From Gemmatimonadales bacterium (lineage in GTDB: Bacteria > Gemmatimonadota > Gemmatimonadetes > Gemmatimonadales > GWC2-71-9): DNA of 29,568 bases. Shown here piece after piece: positions 8,244 to 15,673 of this stretch; positions within the stretch are counted from its first letter, which is position 1; each line of letters begins with the position of its first letter. The notes beneath the pieces are model-generated. The model was not told the DNA's origin. It ran no database searches and saw nothing but the letters and a program-made list of their open reading frames with translations. The stretch is taken from the NCBI GenBank assembly GCA_035274025.1, contig DATEOL010000057.1, forward strand, positions 1-29,568. Reading direction: 5' to 3'. Both the position numbers and the translations under genes were made by a program.

Positions 8244-8274
8244 AGAGGGCCGGCAATGCCGGCCCCTCTTTTTT
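8244..8274 (+). terminator. Rho-independent terminator
   Basis: AGA-GGGCCGGC-AAT-GCCGGCCC-C-TCT followed by TTTTT. Confidence 0.85.
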
Positions 8275-8276
8275 CG

Positions 8277-9002
8277 TCAGCTGATCGCCCTCACGATCCA
8301 CCAGATCCCAACCAGGACCCCGGCGACTCCAACACCTCCACTGATTTTCCGTCCCAAGCCGAGCTTCCGCAGGTCCGCCTGCCGCATCGCGACAGCAGTA
8401 CCCAGGGCGAAGAGGGTCATCGCGACCGTCACACCCACCCCAAACGCCACCAGGTAGCCGATTCCTACCGCCGTCCTGCCGACCATGGTCAGCGGAACCA
8501 GGGCTACGACTGCGCTGGTTCCCGCAAGTCCGTGCGCCAAGCCAACCAGCGTGATGCTGTGTCCGTGGTGGTGATGATGATGGTGGGGACCGGAGTGATC
8601 GTGATCGCTCGATCTTTCGGTCTTCAGGTCGTCAGGTTCTGCGCGTCCGTCGCGATGTGAGTGCAGGTGAACATGGTCACCATGCTCCGCCGCGGGGTGC
8701 AGATGTAAGTTGCGGGACGCGCGGAGCGACCAGAGCCCCAGACCCACCAGCAGCGCGCCGATCGCGGCCTCACCATAGCTGGTCCAGCGGTCAGGCCACT
8801 GGATCCCGGTGACCAGCAGGATCCCGCCCAGCGCGAGCACCGCGAGCGAATGGCCCAGTCCCCACCGGAGCCCGAAGCCGGCGGCGGTCGCGAGGGCGGG
8901 GCGGCGGCTCACGAACGTCGTCACCGCCAGCATGTGGTCGATCTCCAGCGCGTGCAGGAAGCCGAGCACGAGTGCGGTGGCGAGCGTGGTAATGTCTGAC
9001 AT
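8277..9002 (-). CDS. UreH/NiCoT-like high-affinity Ni/Co transporter with His-rich loop
   Basis: Start MSDITTL (9002); TM signature GFLHALEIDH (HX4DH), WGLGHS, G..HGLAG; His-rich loop ending HHHHHHHGH. Confidence 0.8.
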   Translation of the reverse strand: MSDITTLATALVLGFLHALEIDHMLAVTTFVSRRPALATAAGFGLRWGLGHSLAVLALGGILLVTGIQWPDRWTSYGEAAIGALLVGLGLWSLRASRNLHLHPAAEHGDHVHLHSHRDGRAEPDDLKTERSSDHDHSGPHHHHHHHGHSITLVGLAHGLAGTSAVVALVPLTMVGRTAVGIGYLVAFGVGVTVAMTLFALGTAVAMRQADLRKLGLGRKISGGVGVAGVLVGIWWIVRAIS

Positions 9003-9016
9003 GCGAGGCAGGTAAT

Positions 9017-10069
9017 ATGACGGCAGCAGCACCAATTCGTCTCACGTCTTTCTCGCACGGCGCCGGTTGCGCCTGCAAGCTCGGCAGCACCGACCTGACG
9101 AAGGTCCTCGAGCACCTGCCGAAGAACGCGCGGAGCGACATTCTCGTCGATGCCGCGACCCGCGACGACGCCGCCGTCGTGAAGATCGCGCCCGATCGGG
9201 TCCTGATCGCGACGGTCGATTTTTTCACCCCGATCGTCGACAACCCGCGCGACTGGGGCGCGATCGCCGCGGCCAACGCGGTCAGCGACGTCTACGCGAT
9301 GGGGGGCCGCCCCCTCTTCGCGCTGAGCCTGGTCGGCTGGCCCCGCGAAAAGATCCCCTTTGCCTTGCTCGGACAGGTACTGGAGGGCGCTGCCGAAATC
9401 CTGGACCGAGCCGCCTGTCCCACCGTCGGTGGTCACTCGATCGACGATCCCGAGCCCAAGTTCGGCCTCGCGGTGATCGGTGAGGCGCATCCCGATCGCG
9501 TGCTGACCAATGCGGGAGGGCAGGCCGGTCACGTCCTCCTGCTGACCAAGCCGCTGGGCACCGGCATCCTCACGACGGCGCTCAAGCGGAACGAAATCGG
9601 CGAGGATGGCCTGACCGAAGCGGTGCGGGTGATGACCACCCTCAACGACACCGCGGCGCAGGTGGCCCTGGCTCATGACGCGAGCACGGCGACAGACGTC
9701 ACCGGGTTCGGGCTGCTGGGTCACCTGAGCAACATCACCCGGGCCAGCAGAGTGGGAGCGCTGATCGACGCCGACAGTCTCCCCTACCTGGCCGGTGCGC
9801 GCGACCTGGCCGCGCGCGGGGTCGTACCGGGCGGGACGAGACGGAATCGCGAAGCGGTCGAGGTGACCTGGGCGGCCGACGTCGAGGAACCCGATCGCTG
9901 GCTGCTCGCCGATGCGCAGACCTCCGGCGGTCTCCTGTTCGCCGTCCCGGAGGATCGGGCGAAATCAGCCCGCGCGGCGCTCGAGGCCGCCGGGACGAGA
10001 GCGGCGAAGATCATCGGCCGGCTGACCGCCGAGCCCGGAATCCGGGTCGAGCGGAGCCTGCGGACGTGA
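9017..10069 (+). CDS. selD: Selenide, water dikinase (selenophosphate synthetase), Cys form
   Basis: SHGAGCACK, DDAAV, TVDFFTPIVD, AANAVSDVYAMGG, GGHSIDDPEPKFG, LTKPLGTG, TDVTGFGLLGHL, DAQTSGGLL. Confidence 0.95.
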   Translation: MTAAAPIRLTSFSHGAGCACKLGSTDLTKVLEHLPKNARSDILVDAATRDDAAVVKIAPDRVLIATVDFFTPIVDNPRDWGAIAAANAVSDVYAMGGRPLFALSLVGWPREKIPFALLGQVLEGAAEILDRAACPTVGGHSIDDPEPKFGLAVIGEAHPDRVLTNAGGQAGHVLLLTKPLGTGILTTALKRNEIGEDGLTEAVRVMTTLNDTAAQVALAHDASTATDVTGFGLLGHLSNITRASRVGALIDADSLPYLAGARDLAARGVVPGGTRRNREAVEVTWAADVEEPDRWLLADAQTSGGLLFAVPEDRAKSARAALEAAGTRAAKIIGRLTAEPGIRVERSLRT

Positions 10070-10701
10070 TGGGTCCACTGCCGGTCGCCATCGTGCACCT
10101 CGACGAGAGCTGTCTGGGGAACGGGCGAGAGGGCCTGACGCCGGGAGGCGCCGCCGCGTTGGTGGAGACCCGTGCAGGTGGTGCGCTTGTCAGGCGGGAC
10201 GTCTACATCAGTGCCGCCGATACCACCAACAACCGGATGGCGCTTTCGGGTGCCATCGCGGTTCTCCAGCTGATGTCGGGGAAAGGGAAGCGGATCCGGG
10301 CCCTCCTGGTCTCCGATTCGGAGTACCTGGTGCGGGGGATGCGCGAATGGGTCCCGGGATGGATCTCACGCGGGTGGACGAGGAAAGCGGGAGCGATCGA
10401 GAACCTGCCTCTCTGGCAGGCGCTGGTGGCGTCCGCAGCCGATCATGAGGTCCAGTTCACCTGGGTCCGGGGGCACAACGGTCACCCCAAGAACGAGTTC
10501 GTCGACTACCTCGCGGTGCGGGCGGCCCGGGAGCAGATCACCTCGGATGGGCTGGTGGTTTCCGGCTTCGAGGAGTGGATGGAAAAGGAACGGGCACGCA
10601 ACCGTTACTCAGATTATGATCCAGCGGCTGCGTACACCGCACTGGAGCGGCGGCTCGCGGCCGGGGAACGTTTCCCGCTCGACGCTGGGACTTTAGAATG
10701 A
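10069..10701 (+). CDS. rnhA: Ribonuclease HI-family protein with an atypical active site
   Basis: D.SCLGN...PGG, TTNNRM, SDSEYL, W...GW, EN..LW, WVRGH.GHP.NE..D.LA. Glu48 equivalent is Ala. Confidence 0.85.
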   Translation: MGPLPVAIVHLDESCLGNGREGLTPGGAAALVETRAGGALVRRDVYISAADTTNNRMALSGAIAVLQLMSGKGKRIRALLVSDSEYLVRGMREWVPGWISRGWTRKAGAIENLPLWQALVASAADHEVQFTWVRGHNGHPKNEFVDYLAVRAAREQITSDGLVVSGFEEWMEKERARNRYSDYDPAAAYTALERRLAAGERFPLDAGTLE

Positions 10702-10726
10702 CCCATCACTTCGCCACGAGGGGCAC

Positions 10727-11302
10727 GTGACCGACCTGGAACGGTTCTTTGAGCGCCTGGTCCGCAACCTCGCCGCCATCGACCAGCAGAAGGTCAAGCA
10801 GCCGATCCCGGTCGTCGACATCAAGTCCACGATCCTGCCGTACCGCACCAACCGGCGCGCGCTCGGCCTCGAGGGCACCGAGGATTACGAGGAGCTGCTG
10901 GTGCGGCTGGTGAGCATGGAGGGCGGGCTGGTCACCACCGTGCCCCAGGATGTGGCCGACTGGTGCGCGCGGCAGATGGCAAGCCTGTCTCCCGACCTTT
11001 CCGGCATTCCCGGCCAGGCCGCCGCGACGGTCACCGTGAATCCCGAGGCCGTCACCCGAATCTTCGGCGCCCGCGCCGAGGCGCTGGCCTACACGGCAGA
11101 AGGTGCGACGATCGGTCCCGACAAGTGCCCGAGCTGTTCCGCCAAGCTGCCCACCACCCGCGCCGTGAATTTCTGCCCTTCGTGCGGCCGTTCCGTCACA
11201 CTCATTCCCTGCGACTCGTGCGGCGCCGACCTCGATCCGGGGTGGCGTTTCTGCGCGAACTGCGGCACGGAAGTGTCGGAGGCCGGTACCGCTCCTGCCT
11301 GA
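10727..11302 (+). CDS. Double zinc ribbon domain protein
   Basis: GTG start with SD GAGGG; four C-terminal CxxC pairs (CPSC, CPSC, CDSC, CANC). Confidence 0.8.
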   Translation: MTDLERFFERLVRNLAAIDQQKVKQPIPVVDIKSTILPYRTNRRALGLEGTEDYEELLVRLVSMEGGLVTTVPQDVADWCARQMASLSPDLSGIPGQAAATVTVNPEAVTRIFGARAEALAYTAEGATIGPDKCPSCSAKLPTTRAVNFCPSCGRSVTLIPCDSCGADLDPGWRFCANCGTEVSEAGTAPA

Positions 11303-11308
11303 GGTCTC

Positions 11309-12496
11309 ATGGTCGTCTTTCTTTCCGGAGTCCGCACCGGATTCGGCGCGTTCGGCGGGTCCCTCAAGAACCTGACCCCGTCCGACCTGGGCGTCGTGGC
11401 TTCCCAGGGCGCGATCGAGCGCTCGGGACTCGCGCCTGGCGACATCGGTCACGTCGTCTTCGGCAACGTGATGCAGTCCTCGTCCGACGCGATGTACATG
11501 GCGCGGCACGTGGGATTGCGCTCGGGGCTGCTGGTGGAAACGCCCGCGCTCACGGTCAACCGGCTCTGCGGCTCGGGCTTCGAGGCGATCGTGCAGGGTG
11601 CGCACCTCATCATGCTGGGCGAAGCCGACGCTGTCCTCGCGGGGGGCGCCGAATCGATGAGCCTGGCCCCGCACCTGGTCCGCGGAGCGCGCTGGGGACT
11701 CAGGCTCGGGCCGCCGCCTCCCATGGAGGACATGCTCTGGTCCGCGCTCACCGACTCCCACTGCAACATGTCGATGGCGCAGACCGCCGAGCGGCTCGCC
11801 GATCAGATGAACCTCCCGCGCGCCGACGTGGACGCGGTCGCGTTGCGGAGCCAGCACCGCGCGAAGGCGGCGTGGGATTCGGGTGCCTATGCCGGTGAGC
11901 TGGTGCCGATTCCGCTCACCGATCCCAAGACTCGCGAGACGGTCCAGTGGGCCAGGGACGAGCACATGCGGCCGGAAACCACCGCGGCCGGGCTCGCCAA
12001 GCTGACTCCCTACTTCAAGAAGGACGGGCTCGTCACGGCCGGGAATGCGTCAGGCATCGTCGATGGCGGAGCGGCGGTGGTGCTCGCCTCGGAGAAGCTC
12101 GCCGAGAGTCGCGGCCTCACGCCGATCGGTCGGCTGGTTTCCTGGGGTGTCGCGGGGGTCGATCCGCGGATCATGGGCATCGGGCCGGTGCCGGCGTCGC
12201 GCAAGGCACTCGCGAAGGCGGGACTCAAGCTCGAGGACATGGACCTCGTCGAGGTGAACGAGGCCTTCGCCGCGCAGTATCTCGCGGTGGAACGGGAGCT
12301 CGGCCTCGATCCCGGGAAAACCAACGTCGATGGCGGCGCGGTGGCGATCGGGCATCCTCTCGCCGCGACCGGAGCCCGCATCACGGCGCACCTGCTGCAT
12401 GCGCTCCGCCGCACCGGCGGACGCTACGGTCTGGGCGCGGCTTGCATCGGCGGTGGGCAAGGCGCGGCCGTCGTCGTGGAGGCGTTCCCCGCCTAG
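11309..12496 (+). CDS. Acetyl-CoA C-acyltransferase (thiolase)
   Basis: NRLCGSG, AGNASGIVDG, EVNEAFA, GHPLAATG, ACIGGGQG. Confidence 0.95.
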   Translation: MVVFLSGVRTGFGAFGGSLKNLTPSDLGVVASQGAIERSGLAPGDIGHVVFGNVMQSSSDAMYMARHVGLRSGLLVETPALTVNRLCGSGFEAIVQGAHLIMLGEADAVLAGGAESMSLAPHLVRGARWGLRLGPPPPMEDMLWSALTDSHCNMSMAQTAERLADQMNLPRADVDAVALRSQHRAKAAWDSGAYAGELVPIPLTDPKTRETVQWARDEHMRPETTAAGLAKLTPYFKKDGLVTAGNASGIVDGGAAVVLASEKLAESRGLTPIGRLVSWGVAGVDPRIMGIGPVPASRKALAKAGLKLEDMDLVEVNEAFAAQYLAVERELGLDPGKTNVDGGAVAIGHPLAATGARITAHLLHALRRTGGRYGLGAACIGGGQGAAVVVEAFPA

Positions 12497-12505
12497 GAGG
12501 CCCTC

Positions 12506-13375
12506 ATGGACTCAGTCCTCGGCATCCTCGCTGCGCTGGTCGCGTATTCGTTCGGCAGCCTTCGGATCCTTCGACAGTACCAGCGCGGCGTGACGTTCTT
12601 CCTTGGCAGGTACTGGGGGACGAAGGGCCCGGGCCTGGTGTTCGTCCCGCTGGGCTTTGCGTCCATGAAGCGGGTCTCGCTGCGCATCGTGGCGGTCGAC
12701 GTGCCTCCGCAGGACGTGATCACCCGCGATAACGTGTCGGTCGAAGTGAATGCGGTGATGTACATGAAGGTCCGCGACCCGGCGCTGGCCGTGATCGAGA
12801 TCGAGGACTACATGTACGCCACCAGCCAGCTCGCCCAGACCACGCTCCGATCGGTGCTGGGGGAGGCGGAGCTGGACGAGCTGCTGGCCGATCGCGACAA
12901 GATCAACGGGATCCTCAAGCGCATCATCGACGAGCGCACCGATCCCTGGGGCATCGAAGTGACCGCGGTCGAGGTGAAGGACGTCGACCTGCCGAAGGAA
13001 ATGAAGCGCGCAATGGCACGCCAGGCAGAGGCGGAGCGGGAGCGGCGCGCGAAGGTGATCAACGCGCAGGGCGAATTGCAGGCGTCGCAGACGCTGGCCG
13101 AAGCGGCGCGCACGCTGGCCCAGGAGCCCACGGCGCTCCAGCTCCGCTACCTGCAGACGGTGACGGAGATCGCCGCGGAGAACAACTCGACGACGATCTT
13201 CCCGATTCCCATTGAAATGATCAGGCCCTTCCTGGGAGCCGGAAGCCGGGAGCCGTTAGCCGTAAGCCGTGAAACCCCCGCGAGCGGAATCCTGCCCGCG
13301 CCGGGAGATCCCGGCTTACCGCTCCCGGCTCGCGGCTTACCGTTGCCAGAGATCCGGGTGGAAGAGAAGAAGTGA
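12506..13375 (+). CDS. SPFH/band-7 stomatin-like (slipin) protein
   Basis: SD AGGAGG; [52 protein letters not shown]. Confidence 0.9.
   Translation: MDSVLGILAALVAYSFGSLRILRQYQRGVTFFLGRYWGTKGPGLVFVPLGFASMKRVSLRIVAVDVPPQDVITRDNVSVEVNAVMYMKVRDPALAVIEIEDYMYATSQLAQTTLRSVLGEAELDELLADRDKINGILKRIIDERTDPWGIEVTAVEVKDVDLPKEMKRAMARQAEAERERRAKVINAQGELQASQTLAEAARTLAQEPTALQLRYLQTVTEIAAENNSTTIFPIPIEMIRPFLGAGSREPLAVSRETPASGILPAPGDPGLPLPARGLPLPEIRVEEKK
13234..13340. repeat. Converging 7-bp arrays inside the 3' end of the SPFH gene
   Basis: GGGAGCC GGAAGCC GGGAGCC GTTAGCC GTAAGCC (13234-13268) versus GGCTTAC CGCTCCC GGCTCGC GGCTTAC (13313-13340); GGCTTAC is the reverse complement of GTAAGCC. Confidence 0.75.
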
Positions 13376-14244
13376 CCGACAACGTTCCGGCGAGAGTCGA
13401 TCGCGCGGCGCTGGAACGGATTCTCCAGCGCGCCGCCGAGCTCCAGGCCTCGGAGCACGACGTCGGCGAAGGCCTCACACCGGATGAGGTGGTCAAGCTC
13501 GGCGACGAGGTCGGGATTCCGGGGCGGTATCTCCGCCAGGCGATGCTGGAGGAGCAGAGCAGGCTTCCCGGCGCGCAGTCGAAGGGAATCATCGACCACA
13601 CGGTCGGTCCCGATGAGATCGCCGCGGCCCGCGTCGTTCGCGGCGACCCCGGGTCCGCCGAGCGCGCGCTGCTCGAGTGGATGTCGAAGAACGAGCTGAT
13701 GGTGCTGCAGCGCCATCAGCCCGGGCGACTTTCGTGGGAGCGAATGACCGGCGTGCAGGCCGCGATGCGCCGCGGCATGTCGACCCTGGAAGGGGCGAAA
13801 GCCCGCTTCATGCTCTCCCGCGCCAACGTCGTCCGGGCCACGATCACGCCGCTCGAAGCGGGGTTCTGCCACGTGACGCTCTCGGCGGAGCTTCGCGGGA
13901 CGCGAGCGGGCTACCTGGGTGGGATGGCAACCGTCGGGGGCTCCGGTGCGGTCGCCAGCGGGGTGCTGGTCGCGCTCAATGCCTTCTGGGTCATTGCCGC
14001 GCTGCCGGTAGTCGCCGGCGCGGGACTGGCGTACATCGTGAGCCGACAGTTCCGGCCGGTCGTCGAGCGCACCCAGCTGGGCCTCGAGCGCGCGCTCGAC
14101 TATGTCGAAGGCAACGCGATCAAGCCGTCGCATGAGCTTCCTGACCGCCAGCCCGGTCTCATCGAGCTGATCACGACCGAAATGAGGAAAGCGATTTCCT
14201 CGGGAACCTTCACCCATCCGCAACGAAAGCCACGCGACCGATGA
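13372..14244 (+). CDS. Conserved hypothetical membrane protein
   Basis: GTGA overlap with SPFH; N-terminal helical '[11 protein letters not shown]...L...GDEVGI' segment and a C-terminal pair of hydrophobic helices. Confidence 0.7.
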   Translation: MTDNVPARVDRAALERILQRAAELQASEHDVGEGLTPDEVVKLGDEVGIPGRYLRQAMLEEQSRLPGAQSKGIIDHTVGPDEIAAARVVRGDPGSAERALLEWMSKNELMVLQRHQPGRLSWERMTGVQAAMRRGMSTLEGAKARFMLSRANVVRATITPLEAGFCHVTLSAELRGTRAGYLGGMATVGGSGAVASGVLVALNAFWVIAALPVVAGAGLAYIVSRQFRPVVERTQLGLERALDYVEGNAIKPSHELPDRQPGLIELITTEMRKAISSGTFTHPQRKPRDR

Positions 14245-15119
14245 CGGGTATCAAGACTGTTGGCGTCCTGGGTGGTGGACTGATGGGAAACGGCATCGCC
14301 CAGGTGGCTGCGGCGGCCGGATACACCGTGACACTCCGCGACATCGATGACGGGGCGATCGGTCGTGCCCGCAAGATGATCGAAGGCTCGCTGGCCAGGT
14401 TCGTCGAGAAGGGAAAGCTTCCCGCCGCCGCACGCGATTCCACGCTCGGCCTGTTGGGATTCACCACCGACCTCGATGCACTCTCGAGGAGCGACCTCAT
14501 CATCGAGGCGGTGACGGAAGACCTGGCACTCAAGAACAAGCTCTGGAAGGAGCTGGACGAGAAGTGTCCCCAGGGGACGATCTTCGCGTCCAACACCTCG
14601 AGCCTGCCGATCGTCGCGATGGCCGCGGCGACCAAGCGTCCCGACCGGTTCGTCGGCATGCATTTCTTCAATCCGGTGCCGGTGATGCAGCTGGTCGAGG
14701 TCGTGAAGGCGGTGGGGACGTCGCCGGAAACCTTCGATCGCGCCTTCGCGTTCGCCAGGAGCCTCGGCAAGGAAGCGATCGTGGCGAAGGACACGCCCGG
14801 CTTCGTGGTGAACCGTCTGCTGGTGCCGTACATGGTCGACGCGATCCGCGCCTTCGAGAACGGCGTCGCCAGCGTCACCGACATCGACATCGGCATGAAG
14901 CTCGGCGCGGGACATCCAATCGGACCGTTGGCCCTGACCGATCTCGTGGGCCTCGATACCGCGCTTCGGGTGAGCGACATCCTGTACGCCGAGTTCTCGG
15001 AGCAGCGTTACTCGGCGCCGCCGCTGCTCCGGCGACTGGTCACCGCGGGTCACCTTGGCCGGAAGACGGGCCGGGGGTTTTACGATTACTCAAAGGATCC
15101 AGCCGTACCGGCTCTATGA
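14241..15119 (+). CDS. 3-hydroxybutyryl-CoA / 3-hydroxyacyl-CoA dehydrogenase
   Basis: GGGLMGNG, IIEAVTE, FASNTSSL, GMHFFNP, PGFVVNR, GPL...D.VGLD, LGRKTGRGFY. Confidence 0.92.
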   Translation: MTGIKTVGVLGGGLMGNGIAQVAAAAGYTVTLRDIDDGAIGRARKMIEGSLARFVEKGKLPAAARDSTLGLLGFTTDLDALSRSDLIIEAVTEDLALKNKLWKELDEKCPQGTIFASNTSSLPIVAMAAATKRPDRFVGMHFFNPVPVMQLVEVVKAVGTSPETFDRAFAFARSLGKEAIVAKDTPGFVVNRLLVPYMVDAIRAFENGVASVTDIDIGMKLGAGHPIGPLALTDLVGLDTALRVSDILYAEFSEQRYSAPPLLRRLVTAGHLGRKTGRGFYDYSKDPAVPAL

Positions 15120-15673
15120 CGGACAGTTTGACGGCCCGTCTGCCCGTCGCACTGGCGGTCTGGCTCCTGGGGTGTCAGGCCTCCACTACGCGCCCGACGT
15201 ACGGTCCGCTTCCCGGTGCCGCGACCGGTGAGGTCCACCTCGGTCCCGAGGAAGCGACCCGGACCCTCGCCGCAGCGCTCAAGGCCGACAGCATCGAGCT
15301 CCACTTCGTGCACGAGGGCGACGGCGTCATCGTGAGTGAGTGGCTCGACGTGCCGGGCTACCAGAAGTCGAATAACCGGGGACTCGGTCCGGGCACGGTG
15401 CGGGTACGGGCCTGGGTCGACCGCGGCGTGATCTCGCAGGCAGATACCGCATCGGTCTACACCGTCGAAACCACGTACCGGGTGTACGTCGACCCGTCAC
15501 GGGAAGAGCGGGAAACCGAACAGCCGGTCGCCGAGACCCATCCCGCGCGAGTGAAGATCGTGAAGTTGCTGGAACGGATCACGAAAGAGCACGGCGGTGG
15601 CGGACCGGCCCCGGCCGATTCCGCGCTCCGACAGCCCGCTCCTCCGCCCCCCCCATCGCCGGGCACTCGATGA
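15116..15673 (+). CDS. Hypothetical lipoprotein
   Basis: ATGA overlap; lipobox WLLG-C; Pro-rich tail; ATGA overlap with the next gene. Confidence 0.7.
   Translation: MTDSLTARLPVALAVWLLGCQASTTRPTYGPLPGAATGEVHLGPEEATRTLAAALKADSIELHFVHEGDGVIVSEWLDVPGYQKSNNRGLGPGTVRVRAWVDRGVISQADTASVYTVETTYRVYVDPSREERETEQPVAETHPARVKIVKLLERITKEHGGGGPAPADSALRQPAPPPPPSPGTR

Noticed and set aside
8568-8590. (CAT/CAC)n repeat
   Set aside because: Simply encodes the poly-His loop of the Ni/Co transporter.
9017-9085. Possible Sec-containing SelD
   Set aside because: Active-site codons are TGC (GCACK); this is the Cys form.
15118-15148. GACGGACAG...CTGCCCGTC mini-hairpin at the lipoprotein start, resembling the octamer family
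   Set aside because: Only one or two units with irregular period; cannot be distinguished from chance.
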